Both the position numbers and the translations under genes were made by a program. A stretch of 63,801 nt of DNA, counting the filler, from Octopus bimaculoides (Eukaryota), in assembly GCF_001194135.2 (NCBI RefSeq). It is 10 parts of 9 records of this genome, joined end to end, with 100 filler letters (N's around TTAATTAATTAA, not from the genome) between each part and the next. Parts side by side here need not be neighbours in the genome. Positions count along the whole stretch, not along the records: positions 23,545 to 25,659 come from NC_068981.1; positions 25,760 to 56,545 come from NC_068981.1; 8 more parts are not named here. One strand, 5' to 3'. Positions 25,583-36,881 of this stretch are shown here, piece after piece. Within the stretch, counting starts at the first letter, position 1; each line of letters begins with the position of its first letter. Below the pieces are notes generated by a model. It was not told where the DNA came from. It searched no databases and saw nothing but the letters and a program-made list of their open reading frames with translations.

Positions 25583-25759
25583 AGAAAAAGTTTTGGAAAA
25601 TTTTTTTTTCAGAATCATAATCCTCGTTTTTTTCCGCATATTTTGACAAAATAAATTTTNNNNNNNNNNNNNNNNNNNNNNNNNNNNNNNNNNNNNNNNN
25701 NNNTTAATTAATTAANNNNNNNNNNNNNNNNNNNNNNNNNNNNNNNNNNNNNNNNNNNN

Positions 25760-25827
<68 letters not shown>

Positions 25828-26335
25828 ATCTATCTATCTATCTACCAATATCTATCAATCAACAGCTAATTCTCGATATCTATGTCCTACGTATAAATAC
25901 CTATCTCTTAATATCTATCCTGATGTCAGTCAATGCCCATCAGTATCAAACTATTTATCTATCTATGCATCAATACCTATATCTCAACATCTCATCTATT
26001 TATCAATATCTACCTATCAATATATCTTGTACATCTATCAATGTCCACCTACGAATATCCATCTATCTATCAATTTCTATCAATCTTCGTTTATTATTCA
26101 TTTCTATCTCTGTATCCTATACTCTTCTGTCACCTTTCCAAATCTTTTTCATCAGTTGCTTCAATTACCATGATATAGAGAGGTGTATGTTTGCGTGTTT
26201 GCATATACACACTCGCATACATAGACACGCTGAATATACACTCACGTAAACACAAAAGCACAATATATACCCATATTAGCCATACCTGTGCATATATGTG
26301 TGTGGAGAGACAGATACATACATATCATATATACA

Positions 26336-26375
<40 letters not shown>

Positions 26376-27088
26376 NNNNNNNNNNNNNNNNNNNNNNNNN
26401 NNNNNNNNNNNNNNNNNNNNNNNNNNNNNNNNNNNNNNNNNNNNNNNNNNNNNNNNNNNNNNNNNNNNNNNNNNNNNNNNNNNNNNNNNNNNNNNNNNNN
26501 NNNNNNNNNNNNNNNNNNNNNNNNNNNNNNNNNNNNNNNNNNNNNNNNNNNNNNNNNNNNNNNNNNNNNNNNNNNNNNNNNNNNNNNNNNNNNNNNNNNN
26601 NNNNNNNNNNNNNNNNNNNNNNNNNNNNNNNNNNNNNNNNNNNNNNNNNNNNNNNNNNNNNNNNNNNNNNNNNNNNNNNNNNNNNNNNNNNNNNNNNNNN
26701 NNNNNNNNNNNNNNNNNNNNNNNNNNNNNNNNNNNNNNNNNNNNNNNNNNNNNNNNNNNNNNNNNNNNNNNNNNNNNNNNNNNNNNNNNNNNNNNNNNNN
26801 NNNNNNNNNNNNNNNNNNNNNNNNNNNNNNNNNNNNNNNNNNNNNNNNNNNNNNNNNNNNNNNNNNNNNNNNNNNNNNNNNNNNNNNNNNNNNNNNNNNN
26901 NNNNNNNNNNNNNNNNNNNNNNNNNNNNNNNNNNNNNNNNNNNNNNNNNNNNNNNNNNNNNNNNNNNNNNNNNNNNNNNNNNNNNNNNNNNNNNNNNNNN
27001 NNNNNNNNNNNNNNNNNNNNNNNNNNNNNNNNNNNATATATATATATATATATACTATTGAAACAGTAAATACAGAATATAATATAAT

Positions 27089-27121
<33 letters not shown>

Positions 27122-27387
27122 ATGCGCGCTCACAAATATATACACATACGCATAAACACATGCACCCACACGCATACGCATTCACACACACACACCTTAA
27201 GAAAAGATAAATGAACAACAAACAAAAATTAAGCACAAAAACAAATAAAAAAAAAGACCCAACATAAAAACAGTCAGTGTCATTGGGTTCGTTTGATAAC
27301 ATATTCTAAGTGATGTTGCCAACTGGTGACTATTATGTCAAAGAACATGAAAAATACATTATACAGTTCGTGGAGGTTGTATGTTTG

Positions 27388-28700
27388 TAACAACAACAAC
27401 AACAACAACAACAATAACAACAACAACAACAATAGTACTAGCAACAGGCACAAGAACAATCATAATAAGCAATAACAACAAGTGGCCAAGCGAGCGAGCG
27501 AGCGACTGACATTCAGTCAGACAGTCAGCCTGGCTGACAAACAGCTCGACTGACTCACAGACAGAGGTACATAGGCGTAAACACAGATGTACGTGTGGAC
27601 GCATACATGTTCACACATGCGCGCACGCACGCACACACATCCACGCGCACGCGCATATTCAGTCGCATACACCACAGAAAGAGAGAGAGAAAGAGAGAGA
27701 GAGAAAGAGAGAGAGAGAGAGCGAGAGAGAGAGAAAGGTTGAAAGGGTTGTGTACGCACATTACAAGAATCGATAATAACACTGCATCAATGAACAAGAA
27801 GCAGCGGCAACAACAAGAACGACAACGACAACAATAAATAGAGTGGGCGATAATAACAACAGCAATAACGTTAATGATGAGGATGCTGAGGATGATGAGG
27901 AGGATGGTGATGATGATGATGATGAGGAGGAGGAGGAGGAGGAGGAGGAGGAGNNNNNNNNNNNNNNNNNNNNNNNNNNNNNNNNNNNNNNNNNNNNNNN
28001 NNNNNNNNNNNNNNNNNNNNNNNNNNNNNNNNNNNNNNNNNNNNNNNNNNNNNNNNNNNNNNNNNNNNNNNNNNNNNNNNNNNNNNNNNNNNNNNNNNNN
28101 NNNNNNNNNNNNNNNNNNNNNNNNNNNNNNNNNNNNNNNNNNNNNNNNNNNNNNNNNNNNNNNNNNNNNNNNNNNNNNNNNNNNNNNNNNNNNNNNNNNN
28201 NNNNNNNNNNNNNNNNNNNNNNNNNNNNNNNNNNNNNNNNNNNNNNNNNNNNNNNNNNNNNNNNNNNNNNNNNNNNNNNNNNNNNNNNNNNNNNNNNNNN
28301 NNNNNNNNNNNNNNNNNNNNNNNNNNNNNNNNNNNNNNNNNNNGACGACGACGACTAAGATGATGATGGTGATGATGGTGATGATGGTGATGATGGTGAT
28401 GATGATCACTATGATCATGATGATGGTGGTGGTGGTGGTGGTGGTGGTGGTGGTGGTGGTGAAGGTAAAGTAGCAAGAGCAGGAAGTGCAATAACAGGAA
28501 CAAGAATAAAGACAACAAATACAGCAGCAGCAGCAGCACTATCAACAACAACAACAACAACAGCAACAAAGCAACAACAATGACAATAGAAGCAAAAGCA
28601 ACAATAAAAAGATTAGCGATGACAGTGGCAATTATACCGACAACACAAACATCAGTAAGAGAAGCAGCACCACCAACAACAACAGCAGCAACTACGACAC
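27388..28700. repeat. Compound (AAC)n/(GA)n/(GAT)n/(GAG)n/(GGT)n low-complexity block with gap
   Basis: Directly visible. It produces the spurious poly-E/D/H/L ORFs. Confidence 0.9.
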
Positions 28701-29039
28701 CAACAGCCACGATTACGGCAACATCAGCAACAACAGAAGCTATTACATAAGACCAACAACAACTGAAACTAACAACAGTGATGACAAAAACAGTTCCATA
28801 GATTCAATGTAGCACTTATCAATCGCCACCCAATCTGCCTTCTTACAAGCAACACCAAAGAACATGAAATAGAATAACAATCACATTCAACAACATAAAC
28901 AGACTTCATACACAGAACAGAGAAAAAGAAAAAAAAAACATTAAAAATTACCCATAATTCCCTCTGCTCCTCTAAACACTCACAGAAGATCTTAACAACC
29001 TTTACAACACTTGTAGTAGACAGTAAAGAAAGCGAAATA

Positions 29040-29330
29040 GCTCACAGAACTCTGAGAAAACTTACTAACCAGTACCATATCTGACTTAGAGAAAGATACA
29101 ACGAAAGTGTACTAACAATATACTATATCCAATATTGATTATATCAGTGCAGTCTGGGTCACCAATCTGGCCAAAAACGGGTGATAATAAGCTACTAAAA
29201 CAGAAGAGTACTTCGCCGTAGGCAGCATACTGACCATGTCTTCAAACCATTAATACTGGGAAACAAGTATCGGTCAGATGAATGACCCGGTTGAAAATCT
29301 GAGGCCAAGGTTGATGGTTGTAGTTAACTC
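29040..29330 (+). mobile_element. Very decayed non-LTR RT thumb fragment (I/Ingi/Jockey-like)
   Basis: LRKLT.. followed by NIDYISAVWVTNLAK and NRRVLR, recalling s.iDYa..vW.pnl....l...QN.aLR. Many stops. Confidence 0.4.
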
Positions 29331-30534
29331 CCAGCTTCACAAGTTATCCCAAAACATCTGATGGAATCTTTTCATCTTCAAATATACATTCAAACATTTG
29401 TACAACGCCCCGAAGTGAAGAAGCCTCACTGAGGATCTTTACTCGCTAGAAATAACGTCAAAATCCCTATGAAATTACACCCTACTGTCATAAAAAAAAA
29501 GAGAAGAAACGTGGAGCGTATCAGTCAGCTGCTGACATTTTAGTTTCACTGTTTTATCATAATCCAAGAAGTAAACTATTTAGTTTTGCAATTAAAAGTC
29601 AAACTGTTTTCTTCCTCTTTTCGCAACGGCAATCATGGATAAGCTATTACCCTCTCTCCTTTTCTCTTGATCTCCCTCTCTTCCCTTTGCTCTCTCTCCC
29701 TCTGAAGAGAAAGAGAGAGAGAGAATAACCTTGAGAGAATAACTTCTGCCAGTCAAATGACACCAGTTATCTATTTTTCTCTTTACAACTGGCCATCATC
29801 CATTTGTATTCACTGACCGTTTTATAAACAAGACAAAATGTCTGAGCACTTCCTATTACACAAATTATTCAAATGATTTTGTGAAACAAGAAAATATGAT
29901 GTACATTTCCATAACACATTATGCACACCTAACTTTTCATTGATGTTGTGTAACCAAGCTTACTACTTTTCAGATATATTTATAATGTTATACATTTTAA
30001 CCTGCAATCACAAACCACATTCTGCCTAAATACCATTGAATTCTTGTGCCAATAACAATGGTAGAGGCCAGCTTTCTTTTTCTTTTCTCTTTTGGGGTAT
30101 GTAGAAAATAAATAAAATGTGTTGTATAACAATTATTATTGTTATCTCTACGAATGTATTTTTAAATTTATATAATCGCATTGGATAATACAGCCCTAGT
30201 TACACTGCCTGAAATAAAGACTTGTAAATCATAACTGGAGAGCCTTCGATTATAGATCTAATCCTTCAGGCCTCACAAAAATAACAATAACAGCAGTAGT
30301 ATAAGAATAATATCACTTCCAGTCAGACCAAATGAAATAGGACAAATCAATGTTTACCATGCATCTGTACATGTATATGCGGCCTAGGTAAGAGCTTTTG
30401 AGAAAGACTAGTAATTGTTAGTACACAGAAGTTTTCCTTCTCCGCGCCACCAAGGTCTATCTAAGGGAAAAGCTGCCGATTTGAGCCAATACAGCTAAGC
30501 ACCAGTGTCATCATAGGTGATATTGTCAGAAAGG

Positions 30535-30720
30535 CACCTTGCTCGAATCCCTAACTTTTTCACCAGTCCGCCACCCTAAATTTGTACATGTTTTATTGAC
30601 ACCGAAAGGAAGAAAGGCAAAGTTGACTTCGGCAGGATTTGGACTCAGAGTTCATAGAGCTGGAGCATATACCACGTGTCATTCTAGCTAAAACTCTAAC
30701 AACTCTGCCAATTCTTCCCC
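30535..30720 (-). mobile_element. SINE family C, decayed
   Basis: accgaaaggaagaaaggcaaagttgacttcggcaggatttggactcagag...aactctgccaattct. Further decayed copies lie at ~14200-14345 (+), ~31860-32030 (-) and ~33555-33630 (-). Confidence 0.7.
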
Positions 30721-31319
30721 AATCTGACACACCAACAGACACAAAAAGTAGCGGCATCAATGTTCTCGTTATACACACCAGCAATGTCACTGTTTGACTG
30801 ATTGCTCTGGTTAAACAATAATAGTGACAACAATATGATATCAGCAACAATTGTACCAAGAAGAGAAGCGACGACAGCAACAGCTTATCAATAAGAGCAA
30901 TAATACAAGCGTTCTTTTGTGTACTATCTCTCATCATTCCTTAGACACATAATTATTGGCAGTTCAAACGCTAGCTCTACAAATTCAGACTAGACTATAA
31001 GAAACACCTACAAGAGATATTATCTCCCGTTTTAATGAGCAACACCAAATCACATCAAATGCAATCAGCTCAAACACTCAACAACATGAATACAAGATAA
31101 TGAACAGGGCTTCTAGAAACCCCACCCTGCAGCCTTAAGAATCAAAGGATACATTAGATAATGATAACGTAGTTTTTTTTTCTTTTTTTTTAGTACACTA
31201 TATCTAACTAAATTACAGATTGGCCAAGGCTGGAGTTCTTTTAATCACAGGTCTGATTAATCAAGTTAGACTGATACTGAAACAAACAATAGTATAAATA
31301 CACCTCACCTATAAAATAG

Positions 31320-31650
31320 GTAAATATTATGAATTTCAAAGTTTTTGCCTTTGAATTTGTTTTTGCTTGCAGGGTCTTGCAAAGGGTGCCCATAGACCGA
31401 CGGGACTCATGCGATTAATGTTCATCTTTGAACCTTTGTAAGGCAAGAGAGAATTAAAAGGGCCGACATTCTAAGAAAGAAAAACTGAGTGTAGTGATTA
31501 GTGCGGGACCTAGGGGTTGAACACGAGAAGGATGACGGGTAGAGAACGAGTAAAAAGGAGGGGATGGTGAGAAGAGGCTGCATGAGCCCAGTCATCTCCA
31601 AGTTGTAAAGGCCAACAACACCCCTAAAACATTTCAAACCGCTCGTAGAG
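31320..31650 (-). mobile_element. LINE 3'-end remnant (L2/CR1-group-like)
   Basis: TPRSRTNHYTQFFFLRMSAL resembles the C-terminal RT..y..SFFpRts.lWN.LP motif. It is followed by a short UTR-like A-rich stretch. Confidence 0.45.
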
Positions 31651-32482
31651 TGTTATTTATTCTTTCCTAACGCATGATCATGATTTAGTACAGCCACGGC
31701 AGTTATATTCATGCGACCGAGATGTTACTCCAATAGGCACATCATTCTATCACCTGCTTTTGGTCATGGGGAAGCCAGAAGTTAGAGCCGAAATTTGAAT
31801 AGAAACTGAAATACCCAGAAGAGGTATTGCAGAACAACTCATCCGACGTTGTAACAATTTCGTCACTCTATAACCTTGGACTGACGCTTTATTATTTATC
31901 GACCCCGAAAAAATACAAGGTAACATTAACTTCGTCTGGATTTGAACTCAACGTACAGAGAGTCAGAAGAAATAGTGTAAAGTATTCTATCGGATGCTCA
32001 AACGATTCAGCTAATTTGCCACTACATAGAAGCTAGTAAACAAAAGAAAATCGAAGCATGAAAAAAAATCACAGAAAGCGTACTCGCTGACACGACATTG
32101 AACCATCACAAAGAAACAATAACGTTAATGCAAAACAGTATACCAGATCAATCATGCAGGTTCTGGATTATGCAACTTCTGTTCGAGTCCTAATTACTCT
32201 ATAAAAATAAACTCAGCTTACAAATAACGCAAAATAGTGCATTTCAAATAACTGCTGGCTACAAAGAGGCTACGTGAACAAATCGTTTATGTACATAGTG
32301 AAACAGAAATACTTAAATCTAGAGATCTTCTTTGTGCAAAATCTGTTAGTTATATAATATTTTATCACAATGTAATGAAACTGAAACAGCCCTTTCCACT
32401 ACATAACAACGCCCCAAAATATTATTGCTTTTGGCCGTTACTGAACTCGTCCTCTCCGTGCACACACACACACAGACACACA

Positions 32483-32520
<38 letters not shown>

Positions 32521-33393
32521 AACACGCACGCACACATAAACACACACAAACACGCACACACACATGAGCGAAAGACGACATATACAGGAAATTGACTGCA
32601 GTATCAACTAGTGTCACAGAGCCCAAACACTCTGTTGAGATGCACACCGCCTGAGTTTATGGTAAATCAACTGCGATTGTCAGGTACCACTCCAAGTCTA
32701 ATTTGCTTTCCTCGGTTTTAGCTACTATAAGGGTCTTCAGATATAAAAGAGGAGATTGGAGAAAGGAAATAACGTGATTCAAGTTTAAACCACAACATAT
32801 CAGAGTAGAGTACTGACTGTAATCGTCAGCCAAATGAAATCATGAATATCTGGAAATCTAAATCTTATCTTTATGGCTTTGGCGGAGGAGAAAAATCTGC
32901 GGCCCATTGCCCTTTGGCGAACTGTCGCAACGAATGGAAGAAAATTATGGACTGAAAGTTTATAGTTGTAGGAAGAACCGAAATATCAGTTACTTGCAAA
33001 GGCAGTGCGATCAAGACCAATATCAATAAACAACAGCAACAAACAGCTGCAGCACTGCAAAGACCACTACCAACAACAATAACAAATGTTATCAGCTTCA
33101 ACAATAGTGACAATACCATCAACATAACAATACTATCATTATCAACAGTGTCATCAATAATAACATAATCAACAAACATCAACAACGGTAACAACGAAAT
33201 TATCATGAATAATATCAACAAACAGTGACATCAAAACTACTAACAACAGCAATAATATCGACAGCATCGACAACAGTAACAGCAATGCTCTTATCAGCAG
33301 TACTAAAAAGTAGATGAGAACGTCAATGAGGCCGCATTATCTGCTAGCAATAGAAGCTAAATCGGTCTTAAATTATTCCTACCATCATAAAGA

Positions 33394-33495
33394 TGGATTT
33401 TTACCACTCATGAAATTCCACTCACTATGAAACATATGTAACCCGGATCTTACCTACTCCATTCCGTAACCCTTGTATTGTGTGTACACACACAT

Positions 33496-33552
<57 letters not shown>

Positions 33553-34247
33553 TACTAAAGGTACATGAACTGAAACTTTGTGGAAGGAGATTAGTCAATT
33601 ACATCGACACCAATGCTTGACTAATACTTAGTTAATATACATTTTTTTCTTCATTTTTTTTTCTAATACCACTCCCCTGCTAATTTTTGTGATTCGGCCA
33701 AAAAAGCCCTTTGAAAACCACCAATCAACTAACCGTACTTAAATTTCTCACTCTATCTTGCTTTATTCATACATACTTTCTTTCTTCCCCTTGACCAAAA
33801 ATATTTCGTCACTCACTTCCCTCCAAATTATCTTTCCTTTGAATACCAGCCCCCTTACAAAATTCTGTGATTCAGCCAAAACAGCTCCATTGTTTTGTAC
33901 CAGATAATTGACCTTCCTTAAATTCCTCCTTCCTCTCATATATTTTCTTCTTTTCCCTCTTTTTTCTTCTTCTAATACTTATTTCTCCCTACATTTATAC
34001 CCTCCTCTCATACTGTGCTCCCTACACATTCTGATTGAGTCTCCCATGCCTGAACATGAACATACTTGCGACAATGTTACCTTTAATTTAATCAAGAGAT
34101 CCTTGGCCTGAAAAGTAGCCGGTGATATACACCTCACTTGGATTTTTACCACTCATGAAATTCCACTCACTATGAAACATATGTAACCCGGATCTTACCT
34201 ATTCCATTCCGTAACCCTTATATTGTGTGTACACACACACACACACA

Positions 34248-34303
<56 letters not shown>
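33394..34303 (+). repeat. Near-identical ~160-bp direct repeat pair (33394-33550 and 34139-34303), 745 bp apart
   Basis: tggatttttaccactcatgaaattccactcactatgaaacatatgtaacccggatcttaccta(c/t)tccattccgtaaccctt(g/a)tattgtgtgtacacac, then (CA)n(TA)n, occurs twice. Confidence 0.92.
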
Positions 34304-34455
34304 NNNNNNNNNNNNNNNNNNNNNNNNNNNNNNNNNNNNNNNNNNNNNNNNNNNNNNNNNNNNNNNNNNNNNNNNNNNNNNNNNNNNNNNNNNNNNNNNN
34401 NNNNNNNNNNNNNNNNNNNNNNNNNNNNNNNNNNNNNNNNNNNNNNNNNNNNNNN

Positions 34456-34806
34456 GCCTTGTGATTGGATTTGGTAGACGGAAACTGAAAGAAGCCTGTC
34501 GTATATATATATATGTGTGTGTGTGTGTGTGAGTGTGTGTGTGTGTGTGTGTGAGTGTGTGTGTGTGTGTGTGTGTGCGTGTGTGGTTGTATATATTTGT
34601 GTGTCTGTGTTTGTCCCCCCAACATCATTTGACAACCGATGCTAGTGTGTTTACGTCCCTGTAACTTAGCGCTTCGGCAAGAGAGACCGATAGAATAAGT
34701 ACTAGGCTTACAAAGAATAAGTCCTAGTGTCGATTTGTTCGACTAAAGGCGGTGCTCCAGCATGGCCGCAGTGAAATGACTGCAACAAGTAAAAGAGTAA
34801 AAGAGA
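34456..34806 (+). mobile_element. SINE family B, 3' two-thirds with internal (GT)n
   Basis: ggatttggtagacggaaactgaaagaagcc...(gt)n...gacaaccgatgctagtgtgtttacg...gcggtgctccagcatggccgcag...caagtaaaagagtaaaagag. The head lies in the gap. Confidence 0.9.
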
Positions 34807-36111
34807 TTATATATANNNNNNNNNNNNNNNNNNNNNNNNNNNNNNNNNNNNNNNNNNNNNNNNNNNNNNNNNNNNNNNNNNNNNNNNNNNNNNNNNNNNN
34901 NNNNNNNNNNNNNNNNNNNNNNNNNNNNNNNNNNNNNNNNNNNNNNNNNNNNNNNNNNNNNNNNNNNNNNNNNNNNNNNNNNNNNNNNNNNNNNNNNNNN
35001 NNNNNNNNNNNNNNNNNNNNNNNNNNNNNNNNNNNNNNNNNNNNNNNNNNNNNNNNNNNNNNNNNNNNNNNNNNNNNNNNNNNNNNNNNATATATATATA
35101 ATATATACATACATACATACATACATACATACATACATACTATTGTATTTAAAATGATACTTGTTCGCGATGGACTTCTTGTAACGATCACTCAATGTTA
35201 TACAATAACCGGCCGACGAAAGAACCTCTTTGCAAATGTCAAACCTGTTAGTGATGGTAGCCAAATTTCCTCAAAACACGTTCTTCCAACTCAAAATAGG
35301 AAGAGTGAAAGGGTATATTGGATTTAAACAAGAAGACGGAATCAAAACCAGAATGTCTTTGAAAATAGATCTGCTCAATCAGAATAGACATGGAGCTAAA
35401 CAGCAACAACAACAACAACAACAACAACAACAGCAGCAGCAGCAGCGGCGGCGGCGGCAACTCCGGATGAACATATAGCGACGCCTCTAGAGTGACTACT
35501 TTGAGTCACATTTTCCTTTCAAAAAAGACACGTGCCATTTTTACTTTTACTTTTTTCTGTTTTTTTTTTTCTTTTCTTTCAGAGATATTTGTGTAGTTGT
35601 GTTTATTAATGACTCATCTATCTGATGTGACCTTCCTTTGTTCAGACCTGTGGTAGAGAGTTTTGGCAACTAACTTTGATTGGTGGTCTTGCAAACGAGT
35701 ATTCATACTGTATCAAAAATATTCTGTGGCTAACCTGACGTGACTAACGTGTATGCATAAAAGGAAGTAACTTCTACTACTAATCTGCAATAACCTCTAG
35801 TGGATAAAGTCCAGGCAGGAGAGAAAGAGAAGGTGATTAATGCAACGGAAATACGAACAGATGTAATTTCCGGTATGTCAACGTGCAAAGGTCTTTGCGG
35901 TCGCTCTCCTTCCCAGAAATATCAGTCAAATCTCCCGCGAAATGCAATTATTTACAGTGCTACCATGTAGAAAAATATTGGATAATGTTGTTTACTATCT
36001 GAAAAACATATATGGTGGTCACAGTTGAGATGGATTAAAGCGAGGAATCTACTTTCCCTTCGAAATTATTAATCCCAAATTTTTCACCTATCATTCAGTG
36101 TAACTCGTTGT

Positions 36112-36431
36112 TTAAAACCCAGGTCAGTTCTGATCAAGCAGACCTATGTTCAAAGACATTGTAGCCGTGACCATCGCGTCTTTTTTTGTGCTCTGGACCT
36201 AGGTTCACATTGTCCAACATGCTCTCTTCTAACACGATACAGTGATTTGAAGTATATTAAATTGCCGTGGATTTACGGTTAAGATTATTCCTTCCTAACC
36301 ATCAGGTCAAGTGTTCAGACCCACTCTGTAGTATCTTGACCAAGTATCTTCTACTGTGGCCCTGGGTCGATTAAAGCTAAAAGAAACTTGTATATATATA
36401 TGTATGTGTGCGCATATATGTGTGTGTATGT

Positions 36432-36468
<37 letters not shown>

Positions 36469-36837
36469 NNNNNNNNNNNNNNNNNNNNNNNNNNNNNNNN
36501 NNNNNNNNNNNNNNNNNNNNNNNNNNNNNNNNNNNNNNNNNNNNNNNNNNNNNNNNNNNNNNNNNNNNNNNNNNNNNNNNNNNNNNNNNNNNNNNNNNNN
36601 NNNNNNNNNNNNNNNNNNNNNNNNNNNNNNNNNNNNNNNNNNNNNNNNNNNNNNNNNNNNNNNNNNNNNNNNNNNNNNNNNNNNNNNNNNNNNNNNNNNN
36701 NNNNNNNNNNNNNNNNNNNNNNNNNNNNNNNNNNNNNNNNNNNNNNNNNNNNNNNNNNNNNNNNNNNNCTTCGACACCTGACGCGTGGTACACCGTGCAC
36801 CTGTCCAGGTAACGTTGATTTAGTAGCGAGAAAGTCA

Positions 36838-36881
<44 letters not shown>

